A program made the position numbers and the translations under genes. Shown here one piece after another: positions 47,403 through 57,257 of a stretch of 64,000 nucleotides of DNA; position 1 is the first letter of the stretch, and each line of letters opens with the position of its first letter. The notes under the pieces are model-generated. The model saw only the letters and a program-made list of their open reading frames with translations, searched no databases and was not told the DNA's origin. The stretch comes from Candidatus Levyibacteriota bacterium (GTDB taxonomy: Bacteria > Patescibacteriota > Microgenomatia > Levybacterales > UBA12049): NCBI GenBank assembly GCA_038253825.1, contig JBBSGT010000001.1, positions 11,819 to 75,818 on the forward strand, in the 5' to 3' direction.

Positions 47403-48632
47403 ATGGAACAAACAATGAATACGATCCAGTGTCCTCATTGCAAAAAACAGGTTGAGCTCTCAGAAGCACTAACGCATCAAATGCGTGAGACTGTACGTGC
47501 AGAGCAAGATGCCAAACATAAGATCGAGGTCGAAAAAGCAAAATTAGAACTTGAACAACAGGAAGCTTCTCATAAAAAGGAACTAGAATTAGTTAAAAGC
47601 GAAGCTGAAGAACGAGCCTTGAAACGCGCGAAAGAAACACTTGAGCTGGAATTAAAAAATTCTCAAAACGAGGCCGAAGAAGTGGTCATACGCAATAAAA
47701 AATTGCAAGAACAGTTGCTGGATATGACAGGAGAGATACGTAAAATGAAACAGAAAGATGGTGACCGTGAACTTGAAATGAAAAAAACGCTTTTACGGGA
47801 AAGAGAAATAATTGAAACAGAGGTAACCAAATCTCAACAAGAGAAATCAAGACTTGAAAAAATGGAGTTACAAAAAAAACTTAATGATACGCAAAAAGCA
47901 CTTGAAGATGCACAGCGAAAAGCGCAGCAAACATCCCAACAGCTTCAAGGAGAGGTATTGGAACTAGAGTTAGAGAATCAATTAAAAGGTATGTTCCCCT
48001 CAGATGAAATAGCTCCCGTACCAAAAGGGTTTGAAGGTGCTGATTTATTACAAACGGTACGAAATAAATTTGGGCAGAAAGCCGGGGTAATATTATGGGA
48101 GACGAAACGTACCAAATCCTGGGATGGGAAATGGACGGCAAAACTACGCGAAAATAAACGTATGATTGATGCAAATATTCCCATAATTGTAAGCGAAGTA
48201 TTGCCCAAAGAAATTGATACGTTTGGTTATTATGAAAATATTTGGGTTACTAACTATAAATATGCAATACCTTTGGCTCATGTGCTCCGTATAGGTCTTT
48301 TTGAACTCGCCGTTGCTAAAGCAACCACTGCCAATAAAGATGAAAGATTGGAAGCGCTTTTTAATTATCTCGTTAATGATGGTTTTCGCAATAAATTTGA
48401 AGCACAAGTAGAAGGTATTATCGCTTTAAAGTCAGACCTTGAAAGTGAACAAAGGACAACCATAACAAGATGGAAAAAACGTGAAATGCAATTAAAGAGG
48501 CTTATGTCTAATACCGCGACAATGTATGGAGAACTCCAGGGAATTATGGGTGAGGCACTCCCGTCTCTTCCTAGCCTTGATTCAGGAACCCTCCTTGCGC
48601 CAGGGAGTGAGCAAGAAAGTCTCCTAGAATAA
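47403..48632 (+). CDS. DUF2130-family protein (N-terminal CxxC zinc ribbon, long coiled coil, C-terminal nuclease-like domain)
   Basis: The start is taken at the internal ATG (MEQTMNTIQCPHCKKQ...). There are about 170 aa of heptad-rich coiled coil, and the C-terminus is 'PKGFEGADLLQTVRNKFG...ILWETKRTKSW...IIVSEVLP'. Confidence 0.6.
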   Translation: MEQTMNTIQCPHCKKQVELSEALTHQMRETVRAEQDAKHKIEVEKAKLELEQQEASHKKELELVKSEAEERALKRAKETLELELKNSQNEAEEVVIRNKKLQEQLLDMTGEIRKMKQKDGDRELEMKKTLLREREIIETEVTKSQQEKSRLEKMELQKKLNDTQKALEDAQRKAQQTSQQLQGEVLELELENQLKGMFPSDEIAPVPKGFEGADLLQTVRNKFGQKAGVILWETKRTKSWDGKWTAKLRENKRMIDANIPIIVSEVLPKEIDTFGYYENIWVTNYKYAIPLAHVLRIGLFELAVAKATTANKDERLEALFNYLVNDGFRNKFEAQVEGIIALKSDLESEQRTTITRWKKREMQLKRLMSNTATMYGELQGIMGEALPSLPSLDSGTLLAPGSEQESLLE

Positions 48633-48641
48633 TTTTTCTTT

Positions 48642-49268
48642 ATGAAACTGCCGACTTTTGACTTTGAAACCAAATTTTGGGAACAAGGCCTTGCACATAT
48701 CGCAGGTGTCGATGAAGTTGGGCGAGGCTGTTTTGCCGGGCCAGTCGTGGCAGCAGCGGTTATTCTCCCTTCAAATTTTGCAGCCACGGATAAGATCAAT
48801 GACTCCAAAAAATTGTCACCAAAAGTAAGAAAAGAACTATCTGAGATCATCAAAAAGCATGCGCTCGCATATTCGATCGCCGAAGTTTCAGTTACTGTCA
48901 TTAATTCAATTGGTATTGGTAAAGCAACACAACAAGCCTTCAAAATGGCAATTGCAAATTTAGATACAGCACCTGAGCATATTTTGATGGACGCATTTTT
49001 GATTGATGCCATCTCACCAACAGTCCAAACGCCGATCATTCATGGTGATCAATTGAGTATCTCCATTGCCGCAGCGTCAATTATCGCCAAGGTTTATCGT
49101 GACGAACTTATGGAGCAATTGCATACACAATACACAGTGTATGATTTCGTGACTAACAAAGGATATGGAACAAAAAAGCATCGGGATGCGATCGGGATCC
49201 ATGGTTTGTGTGATCTGCATCGAACTTCATTTAATCTGATTAAATTTCTCCCTCCAAAATCTGCATAA
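48642..49268 (+). CDS. rnhB: Ribonuclease HII
   Basis: 'IAGVDEVGRGCFAGPVVAAAVIL' and 'KDSKKLS' are classic RNase HII motifs. Confidence 0.9.
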   Translation: MKLPTFDFETKFWEQGLAHIAGVDEVGRGCFAGPVVAAAVILPSNFAATDKINDSKKLSPKVRKELSEIIKKHALAYSIAEVSVTVINSIGIGKATQQAFKMAIANLDTAPEHILMDAFLIDAISPTVQTPIIHGDQLSISIAAASIIAKVYRDELMEQLHTQYTVYDFVTNKGYGTKKHRDAIGIHGLCDLHRTSFNLIKFLPPKSA

Positions 49269-49418
49269 AGCTGTTAATTTTTATCTCTTTCTATAAGGTT
49301 GTTGTAAGGTTATTATCAAGCTCAACTAAGCCTATAGATTTATAATCACCTCAGATTCGTAAAGCACTTGAATCAAAATAATAAAGTGCTACATTAAAGC
49401 ACATATGATTACACACAA

Positions 49419-51344
49419 GTGTTTCGAACCGAAAGGAAACAGAATATGGCAAAAGGAGCATCATTATCAGTTGCATCAGCCGGCGCAAAAGTCGGAGGAG
49501 GAGCAGCACCTAAAATATCTTTAGGAGGAGGAGTTGAACAAGGTTCAGGTTCGTCTCTCTCAAAATTCTCTTCAAAAGGCTTAGCTAATTTCTCTCCAGG
49601 AAGATCAGAATTTTCAGGACCGAAAACAACTCGTTATGGTTCTGCAATGACTGCGATGGAAAGTGAGACGTTAGGTCCGCGAGCAAGTATCGACAAATCT
49701 GCGATTCGTCAATCTTCTGAAAAGTTTGGTGGAATCAGTAAACCTGACGCCGGCACAGCAAAAATGACCGTATTGAGTCAACCAAAGTCGGGAGTAGAAC
49801 AATCACGCATAACAGTTGATCAATCGAATGTCGTCACAAGACAGCCTGAATCATCTGTTCTATTACAGAAAAGTGAACCAGGTCGTCGTTTCTCAGAACC
49901 ACTAGTTAATAAAGTTGCAGATAATGTGGACAGCAAAACTCAACCAATCCAAAGAATTTGGACAGATGCGCCAAGAAGAACGACAATGCCGGAGGTAATA
50001 CCGTTGACACCGACTCCAGTGGAGCCACTCATCCAACCAACAGCACCTGAAGTTCCACAATTGCCGATAGTTGAAAATAGACCACATCTGACAACTCCCG
50101 CGCCGACGTTTCCTGATCGAGGAGTTGAGCAGCAAGCACAAAGATTGGTGATAGTCCGTGAACAATTACATGCTGCACAAACAGAAACAGTTGAGGAGAT
50201 AAAACCGATAACTCCAGTAGTAACCTCGGAAGTTCGTCTTGTTCCCAACCCAAAACCTGCTGATAGAACGGAGACAGCAGTACCATCTGTACTAATACAA
50301 AGAACTGCTGAACCCGTGACTAAAGTTGACTTACCTACGAAAAAATCAAAAGAAGCAAAAACATTCTATGGTTTACTGAAAGCAAAAGAAGAAGCGAAAG
50401 TAGACTTAGAAAATACTGTAAAGCAAACGGGGGCAGTCAGAGCTGCTGTTCATTCATTGCCACAGCGCCAAGAATTATTGGCAGTAGAAAAAGCTGAAAA
50501 TATACGAGAATACGTTGTAAAGCCGTCAGTAAAGATAACTTACGATGATGTTCTTTTGACTGAGGCTGAGGAAGAAGAAAGAAAAAGACTTAAAGAAAAA
50601 CAAAATGCATTCAAACTGCTCTTCCGCATCCGATGGGGATTATCAAAATTGCAATTAGGGGAGCAAACCAAAACAGAAGCTGCGGTTGCACACCGTGTGG
50701 GTATAACACAGTTACAAGAATTAGATCAAAAAAGAACCCAAGCTGTTGGTTTGGCAACTCCAAATCATGTACAACCAGAAATAAGTACACAAACACAACA
50801 AGTGGCTACTGATTTGCCGGTTGCAAGAGAAACAGAGAATGATTCTCCCAGTGGCAGCGCAACTATGGTACTTATTTACCAAGCGAAAGTAACAGTGCAA
50901 GAACAACAATCTTCCGCTGACGCTCCACCAGAGGATAAAGATAAAGAAGAAAAAGCTGTAAAAGTATATAAAGATGCACAACAAAATAAACTGCGACAGT
51001 GGTTTGATGCTGTGGCAAGAATCTTTCCGGCTTTTGATTTTGTCACGACACGTCGACTTAGGGAGGTCGCTGCAGCAATGGATAATTCGAATAGTTCGAC
51101 AAGAAGTCATGTTTCTCTGCTTGGGGGTATAGAGTATGACGGAGCTGATGAGATGTTTAGAAGGGAATTAATAGCGAGTGAAGCAAAAGTTACTAAATCC
51201 GAAGCAGGAATGGCCGGAGCTGAAGTTATCCATAGTCTACCTGCAGGTATTGTCCAAGAAAAGGATGGACGACCTGAATTAACACCGGGTCAGGTGAAAA
51301 TAATTCTCCAAGAAGGTCAAGAACAAGCAAAAGTTGCTGCCTAA
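49419..51344 (+). CDS. Hypothetical low-complexity (Pro/Thr/Glu/Gln/Val-rich) soluble protein
   Basis: 641-aa ORF, GC-richer than the average for the window. No TM and no known motifs. The likely start is the second ATG (MAKGAS...). Confidence 0.4.
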   Translation: MFRTERKQNMAKGASLSVASAGAKVGGGAAPKISLGGGVEQGSGSSLSKFSSKGLANFSPGRSEFSGPKTTRYGSAMTAMESETLGPRASIDKSAIRQSSEKFGGISKPDAGTAKMTVLSQPKSGVEQSRITVDQSNVVTRQPESSVLLQKSEPGRRFSEPLVNKVADNVDSKTQPIQRIWTDAPRRTTMPEVIPLTPTPVEPLIQPTAPEVPQLPIVENRPHLTTPAPTFPDRGVEQQAQRLVIVREQLHAAQTETVEEIKPITPVVTSEVRLVPNPKPADRTETAVPSVLIQRTAEPVTKVDLPTKKSKEAKTFYGLLKAKEEAKVDLENTVKQTGAVRAAVHSLPQRQELLAVEKAENIREYVVKPSVKITYDDVLLTEAEEEERKRLKEKQNAFKLLFRIRWGLSKLQLGEQTKTEAAVAHRVGITQLQELDQKRTQAVGLATPNHVQPEISTQTQQVATDLPVARETENDSPSGSATMVLIYQAKVTVQEQQSSADAPPEDKDKEEKAVKVYKDAQQNKLRQWFDAVARIFPAFDFVTTRRLREVAAAMDNSNSSTRSHVSLLGGIEYDGADEMFRRELIASEAKVTKSEAGMAGAEVIHSLPAGIVQEKDGRPELTPGQVKIILQEGQEQAKVAA

Positions 51345-51349
51345 TCCTT

Positions 51350-53041
51350 CTATTCAGCGGTTAGTTCAGAGATCTCCAAAAATGTCTTACCATTTTCTGT
51401 TTTCATCACACCTTTAACTTTGGCAAAGCCATCCGCTGCGTCATTTTTGGCGTAATGTGCTTCAACTGGTCCGTTGTCATCTGTTAAGAGCAACCATTGT
51501 CCAGTACCTGCTTCATCAGGCCCTTTTTTCTTTACATAACATTCTTTTTCTATTGCGCCATCTGTTGGCGGAGGCGAATCAGGTGCAGTTTGAGATGTTA
51601 AAGGTGCTGCAGCATATATATTTGATGCAGGTGTTGTTGGAGTTGAGGGGGGCTCTGTAGGTGTTGTGGTCGTGAAGGGAGATGCTGACTGGATTGGCTC
51701 AGGTGTTACTGGTGCGGGTGTTTCGGTCGATTGAGTTTGCGTTGACGTCTGAGCATCCGACGCAGGTATTTCACTACTGGCTACAACATCTGATCCCAAA
51801 GCTACAGTTGGGACGATTCCAGGATCACTTGGAGCTGCTTCTGAGTTTACTTCACCAGGTTGACCAGTGGGTGAAAGATGGATCAGTCCGCGTATCATAT
51901 TTCGTAGTTTTTCATTCTTTTTGTACATAATAAAGCCAATTGCTCCAAGAACAATAAGAAAGATAAGGAAGAGGACACCACCGAGTGAACTACCACCATT
52001 TGAAGGTTGTTGTTGCGTATTTGCCGCCGGATGGGGTTGCCTCGTGGGTTTTGGTGGCTTTGTAGGAGTTGACGTTGGCTGATTCTTTAATTTAGAAATC
52101 CTGCCAGTAGGAGGTGTCACAGGTGCTGCTACTTGAGGAATAGGTAGGCCTTGTTGTTGCACAACAGCTAAAGAACGCAAAAGGATATTGTAATCAATTC
52201 CATCTACCTGCCCATTATCATCAAAATCTCCATAATTCTTTCCTTTGCAAAATGTTGTATTATTTTTTTCACCATAACAATTAATAAATGCATTATAGTC
52301 ATCAGCCTTAACAACATTATCCCCATCATCCGGGATTGTATCTCCCATAAGAACAGTCTGAAGTGGAATAAATAAAGATGTTTGCTTCTTACCTATATTG
52401 AGAGCTTTTCCTCCTACATCCGTTGGATTATCTTTAACAATTGTTCTGAGAGACTGATCTGTTCTGAAAACCAATTGATAATCCCCATCATTGACTGTAC
52501 TTCCTAAGTCAAATGAAGGATTTATAAAGCTGGTATAAGTAGGACTATTGATGTTGGTATCAAACGCTGCATTCCCTCGTATCGTATAGAGTGGTTTTAC
52601 ATTTGGATCGATGGAATTTACATTTGTTGCATAGAGAAAGACGATGACATTACGTTTTGGATGGAGCGGTTTCATATTGCCACCACCACTGCCAATACCT
52701 GGAACTGAAAAGGACAAATTAATAAGTGGTCCTTGCTGAGCGGCTGAGTTACTAGGTTCAGGTGAAGGGGCACCTGCGGGAGGACTTACTTGAGCAGAAG
52801 CACTACTTTTGGTAGGATCCGTTAAAAACGCATTAATTTTGGCATGACTTCCATTAGCACTTGATGTAGGAGAATCGCTTTGTTGCTGGTGAATATTTGA
52901 AGGGAGTCCGGCTGCGTGGGTGGAGAATTGATAGGCATACACCATTACTGAATTGGCTATGATAAGGATTGCCCAAATATGGACACCATATTGGGTGAAT
53001 GTTCTGATAATTTGGTTTCTGGTATGTTTTTGTTTTGCCAT
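51350..53041 (-). CDS. Bitopic surface protein with dockerin/EF-hand-like Ca-binding repeats, second TM and PT-rich cytoplasmic tail
   Basis: N-terminal TM (IWAILIIANSVMVYAY). Dockerin-like loops are 'GDTIPDDGDNVVKADDYNAFI' and 'GDFDDNGQVDGIDYNILLRSL'. A second TM is 'VLFLIFLIVLGAIGFIMY', followed by a Pro/Thr/Ser-rich segment and a small C-terminal domain. Confidence 0.5.
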   Translation of the reverse strand: MAKQKHTRNQIIRTFTQYGVHIWAILIIANSVMVYAYQFSTHAAGLPSNIHQQQSDSPTSSANGSHAKINAFLTDPTKSSASAQVSPPAGAPSPEPSNSAAQQGPLINLSFSVPGIGSGGGNMKPLHPKRNVIVFLYATNVNSIDPNVKPLYTIRGNAAFDTNINSPTYTSFINPSFDLGSTVNDGDYQLVFRTDQSLRTIVKDNPTDVGGKALNIGKKQTSLFIPLQTVLMGDTIPDDGDNVVKADDYNAFINCYGEKNNTTFCKGKNYGDFDDNGQVDGIDYNILLRSLAVVQQQGLPIPQVAAPVTPPTGRISKLKNQPTSTPTKPPKPTRQPHPAANTQQQPSNGGSSLGGVLFLIFLIVLGAIGFIMYKKNEKLRNMIRGLIHLSPTGQPGEVNSEAAPSDPGIVPTVALGSDVVASSEIPASDAQTSTQTQSTETPAPVTPEPIQSASPFTTTTPTEPPSTPTTPASNIYAAAPLTSQTAPDSPPPTDGAIEKECYVKKKGPDEAGTGQWLLLTDDNGPVEAHYAKNDAADGFAKVKGVMKTENGKTFLEISELTAE

Positions 53042-53211
53042 ATGTTTTCTTCTCAAAAAACAACAACACAATGACGCAGAGCGCCAATATTTCCTTATTT
53101 TATAGTATATGTTTTACAGAAGAGACGCAAGGATGGGAGATGAGAAATTGCTGGGAATATAAAATTGGATGTTTGAGGTATAATTTGGTAAAATAGGAAC
53201 AAGTTATGCAT

Positions 53212-53283
53212 GGGCCTCTAGCTCAACGGTAGAGCAGTACCCTCTTAAGGTATTGGTTTGGGGTTCAAATCCCCAGGGGCTCA
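53212..53283 (+). tRNA. tRNA-Lys (anticodon CTT)
   Basis: Cloverleaf read directly from the sequence. Acceptor GGGCCTC/GGGGCTC with two G-U pairs. D-arm GCTC-AACGGT-AGAGC. Anticodon stem GTACC/GGTAT with loop CTCTTAA (anticodon CTT). T-arm TGGGG-TTCAAAT-CCCCA. Discriminator A. No encoded CCA. Confidence 0.8.
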
Positions 53284-53284
53284 C

Positions 53285-53310
53285 AGCCACGTTTTTTTAC
53301 GGCTTTTTGT
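53285..53310 (+). terminator. Weak hairpin + T-run after tRNA-Lys
   Basis: AGCC...GGCT short stem followed by TTTTT. A poor stem, so low confidence. Confidence 0.25.
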
Positions 53311-53423
53311 TATAATCAAATATTATCTCCATTTAGCATATTTATTGGGGAACGATGTGGCCAATCAATTGCATCTTAATCTTGCCAAGAAAAACTTAAA
53401 TAAAAATTTGTTAAAATAATAAT

Positions 53424-54035
53424 ATGAGCAAAATAAAAGTTACCTCTGGAATGGCAATTTCTCTTGATGGGTTTACTGCTGGTCTGAATCAAAATTTCGA
53501 AAAACCATTTGGAGACAATTTTGATACAGGTTTACTGGAGCGTTGGATGTTTGCTGAGCCTGAGAAGCATAAACATAAAAAAGAAATAGACGCTATTCTT
53601 GATGCAGGCGCGTTCATTATGGGTAGCAATATGTTTGGACCGAAGGACAGGAGAGACAAACCGGAATGGAAAGGATGGTGGGGAGATAACCCTCCGTATC
53701 ATGCTCCGGTTTTCGTACTCTCCCACAAGGAGCGAGAACCGATAGAAATGGAAGGCGGAACAACATTCATTTTTGTGACTGATGGCATTGCATCGGCACT
53801 TTCGAAAGCAAAAGAAGCAGCAGGAAATCGGGATGTAAAAATTAATGGAGGTGCGAATACCGTAAATCAGTATTTAGCGGCTGGGCTCATTGATGAACTG
53901 TGGTTACATATAGTTCCCGTCACCATAGGCGCCGGCACTCGACTTTTTGAGGGAGTGCCTAATCTCAATCTCGAACCGATTGAAGAGAGTGGAACCAACG
54001 TCGTGACACATATTAGATATAACGTTTTAAAATAG
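53424..54035 (+). CDS. Dihydrofolate-reductase-like (RibD C-terminal domain family) reductase, paralog 1
   Basis: 'KVTSGMAISLDGFTAG', '...VFVLSHKE...' and 'GGANTVNQYLAAGLIDELWLHIVPV' are typical of the bacterial DHFR-family (YwjB/YyaP-like) proteins. Confidence 0.7.
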   Translation: MSKIKVTSGMAISLDGFTAGLNQNFEKPFGDNFDTGLLERWMFAEPEKHKHKKEIDAILDAGAFIMGSNMFGPKDRRDKPEWKGWWGDNPPYHAPVFVLSHKEREPIEMEGGTTFIFVTDGIASALSKAKEAAGNRDVKINGGANTVNQYLAAGLIDELWLHIVPVTIGAGTRLFEGVPNLNLEPIEESGTNVVTHIRYNVLK

Positions 54036-54050
54036 GGTATAATTAGGTCT

Positions 54051-54611
54051 ATGGGAAAAGTAATTGCTGGTATGACTATGTCTTTGGACGGGTTTATTAA
54101 TGACCGTAACGGAAGCCCAGAAAGTCTTAGTCCTGATTTTGTTGAACTCCATGATGTTCCAACTTTTCAGGAAATGATCAAAAACACGGGTGCCGTTATT
54201 ATGGGGAGACACGTGTATGAGATGGCAGACCCATTTCTGTGGGCTAACGATGACTATGAATTCCAAGTTCCCATTTTTGTCTTGACGCATACACCTCCAG
54301 CAAAATATCCAGAAGGAAATGACGAACTTAGCTTTACATTTGTGACTGATGGAATTGAGAGTGCTATTTCTCAGGCTTTGAGCGCAGCAGGCGACAAAGA
54401 TGTTCAGATTATAGGGGGTGCAGACACAATTCAGCAATGCCTTAATGCGGGGCTATGTGATGAATTACAAATAGATGTTATGCCTATTCTCCTTGGAAAA
54501 GGACTAAGACTATTTGAAAATATAGACACGGATAAGATAAAATTTGAAAGAACTAAAGTAGAAGAAACTACCCCTATTAGAACAAGTATTATACTAAAGA
54601 TCATTAAATAG
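54051..54611 (+). CDS. Dihydrofolate-reductase-like (RibD_C family) reductase, paralog 2
   Basis: 'KVIAGMTMSLDGFIND' and 'GGADTIQQCLNAGLCDELQIDVMPI'. It lies in tandem with paralog 1. Confidence 0.7.
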   Translation: MGKVIAGMTMSLDGFINDRNGSPESLSPDFVELHDVPTFQEMIKNTGAVIMGRHVYEMADPFLWANDDYEFQVPIFVLTHTPPAKYPEGNDELSFTFVTDGIESAISQALSAAGDKDVQIIGGADTIQQCLNAGLCDELQIDVMPILLGKGLRLFENIDTDKIKFERTKVEETTPIRTSIILKIIK

Positions 54612-54833
54612 AAAATGCGATTTGGTATTGCTCGAAAGTATCATGAATTCTTATCAAATAATTATAAATTGGTTTGAAAACAGGCATGAATAGTTCACTC
54701 AAAAAACTTCTTTCTAAGTTTTTCATAAAAATACATAATCTGATATAATGTAAATATAAATAGAGAAATTATATTACGAGCTATGGATTATCTTCAAAAC
54801 TAATCACGCATCCTATTTCTCCCGGTACATATA

Positions 54834-56315
54834 ATGATTATCGCTAAAAATATTTCTTATGGTTATTCCCGACTTACCGTCTATGAAGACTCAAGTTTCT
54901 CTGTAGCAAAAGGGGACTTAGTCGGATTGGTTGGCCCAAATGGTGCAGGAAAATCGACGCTGTTTAAATTACTCAAAGCAGAAAATCACCCACATGAGGG
55001 CACACTTCAGATCATGGGTAAAGTTGGGTATGTGCCGCAAGAAGTAAAGCAGGATCCCGAACTTGAAAGTGCTGTGGATATCCAGACGTACATAGATCCT
55101 GAAATGAAGAAGGAAATGTATGAGCTAATGATCATGCTTGAATCTTTAGAAGTAAATGCAGAACTCCATACCAAACCTAAAATCCTCAGTGGAGGACAGC
55201 GTACCAAACTCGCTCTCTTGCGGGCAATTATCCAGGAACCTGATATTTTGCTTCTTGATGAACCGACTAATTTTTTAGATACCGAAGGAAAGCGTTGGAT
55301 TATGGAATTTCTTAGCGAATATCCTAAGACACTTATTATTATCTCCCACGATTTGAGTCTCCTTGATCAGCACATTGATAAGATCCTTGCAGTCAATCCA
55401 ACAACAAAGAAAATTGAAGAATATAAGGGTAATTATACTACGTACGTTAAATTGAAAGGAAATAATGACAGTATGCTCCGGAAAAAGTTTGAGAATGATC
55501 AAAAAGAAATCAACCGTATGAAAAAGAGTTTACTCAATATGGCGAGTGGTGCGACAGAAAAAGGAGCACGGGCACGGGCAAATGTCCAAAAACGTATTGA
55601 CCGTATCAAAGATAAACTGCCTGAATTACCAAAAGAAGTTCGCAATATCAAATTTACACTTCCTGATCCGAAACACATAGGAGAACTCCCTATTCAGGCA
55701 AAGGACATTTCAATAGATTTCAATGGCAAGACTATTCTTTCTGATGTTTCTTTGACTATTAAAAAAGGCGAACGTATCGTGCTTTATGGCCCAAACGGCG
55801 CAGGAAAGAGTACATTTATCAAAATTCTGATGGGAAGACTGCAACCCACTACTGGAAATATTGTGAAGGATCCAAATCTGCATATAGGATATTACTCACA
55901 GGAATTTGAAACATTTGATTTCAACAAAACAATTATTGAGATGGTTGAAGAACAATGTAATCTGCCTATGTCACAAATCCTGCCAATTCTCGGTTCTTTT
56001 AATTTCCCACGCCCTCGTATATATCAAAATATAGGCTTGCTCTCAGGAGGTGAAAAGACAAGGCTTTCAATCGCGATGCTTATGCTGCGAAATTATAATT
56101 TACTCATTCTGGATGAACCTACAACATATCTCGATATGGTTTCACAAAAGACAATTTTGGAAGCGCTTAAAATATATAAAGGAGCAATGCTTTTTGTAAG
56201 TCATACGGAGGAGTTTGTTGAAGGATTAAATCCAAGTCGTATTATGCTTCTTCCTGAAAATAAAATTAAATATTGGATTCCAAAAGATATTACAAACTAT
56301 ACTCTTCACCTTTGA
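54834..56315 (+). CDS. ABC-F family ATPase (two fused ABC domains, no TM domain)
   Basis: Walker A 'GPNGAGKST' appears twice. ABC signatures are 'LSGGQRTKLAL' and 'LSGGEKTRLSI'. There is an inter-domain linker, and no membrane segments. Confidence 0.8.
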   Translation: MIIAKNISYGYSRLTVYEDSSFSVAKGDLVGLVGPNGAGKSTLFKLLKAENHPHEGTLQIMGKVGYVPQEVKQDPELESAVDIQTYIDPEMKKEMYELMIMLESLEVNAELHTKPKILSGGQRTKLALLRAIIQEPDILLLDEPTNFLDTEGKRWIMEFLSEYPKTLIIISHDLSLLDQHIDKILAVNPTTKKIEEYKGNYTTYVKLKGNNDSMLRKKFENDQKEINRMKKSLLNMASGATEKGARARANVQKRIDRIKDKLPELPKEVRNIKFTLPDPKHIGELPIQAKDISIDFNGKTILSDVSLTIKKGERIVLYGPNGAGKSTFIKILMGRLQPTTGNIVKDPNLHIGYYSQEFETFDFNKTIIEMVEEQCNLPMSQILPILGSFNFPRPRIYQNIGLLSGGEKTRLSIAMLMLRNYNLLILDEPTTYLDMVSQKTILEALKIYKGAMLFVSHTEEFVEGLNPSRIMLLPENKIKYWIPKDITNYTLHL

Positions 56316-56518
56316 AATAATACTACTTCTCAAACGAATGAGGGGATTGTAATGCTAGATATAGCTAACATGGTTCGAACATCCTGATATCTGGCTCACA
56401 CTGCTGGGATATTTTTATCCTTACTGATGTCACCTCTATTGTCGCCCTGCTTCTCTATAAACCACTTCTGAGTAATAGTAACTTCATCGTATCCGCTGGT
56501 ATAAGTGATACACAAATA

Positions 56519-57073
56519 TTGATTGGTACATTTTTAGAAATAGTCTTGGCAGTTTCTGGTATTGGTAGTGCACTTGCACTTTATCCTGTATTAAAGAGGC
56601 AAAATAAGAGCCTGGCTCTCGGATATGTAATTTTCAGAACTATGGAGGGAACTATTATCATGATAGGAATTTTGTCTATACTCACTGTCCTTACCTTGCG
56701 CTTAGACTTTTTGGCAGCAGGCGGAGATGCTTCTGTCTATCAGGTAGTAGGCATAGCCTTTATGGCTCTTCAGAAGTGGACATTTCTATTTGGACCAAAT
56801 TTCGCCTTATCAATAAATGCCACTATACTCGGTAACTTACTATATAAATCGAAATTGGTACCACGAGCTATTTCCTCGCTCTATCTTTTTGATGCTCCAA
56901 TACTCTTTATATCAAGTATATTCATACTATTTGGATTTTATGAGCAAACAGCGACATTCGCTGTACTTATCGCAATGCCACTGCTTGCGTTTGAAGTATC
57001 TTTCGCTGTGTACCTCATCGCAAAAGGATTTAGACCTTCTGCACTTTCCTTATTGTTCTCTAAAACTGATTAA
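56519..57073 (+). CDS. Hypothetical membrane protein
   Basis: 184 aa with 4-5 predicted TM helices. The start is uncertain. Confidence 0.4.
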   Translation: MIGTFLEIVLAVSGIGSALALYPVLKRQNKSLALGYVIFRTMEGTIIMIGILSILTVLTLRLDFLAAGGDASVYQVVGIAFMALQKWTFLFGPNFALSINATILGNLLYKSKLVPRAISSLYLFDAPILFISSIFILFGFYEQTATFAVLIAMPLLAFEVSFAVYLIAKGFRPSALSLLFSKTD

Positions 57074-57257
57074 TTAATCAGTTTCCAAATCTCTAGTGTA
57101 TGAAATGCCACAGTATTGAGACATATATCAGTATTTGTATTTGGAATTCTCAGAATGTCTGGTAAACTCTAATGAAATAGCTCTGAAAGGTGTTCAATTC
57201 TGGTCTGAGTCGGCTCACTGAGAGTAATGTCATCATTATCACACATTCTAAAATTAT

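Noticed and set aside
48365..49039. 224-aa minus-strand ORF overlapping rnhB and the end of the DUF2130 gene, and minus-strand ORFs 50721..51110 and 49940..50286 inside the 641-aa gene.
   Set aside because: They are antisense to motif-supported or longer ORFs. Cys/Ser-rich low-complexity translation with no recognisable features.
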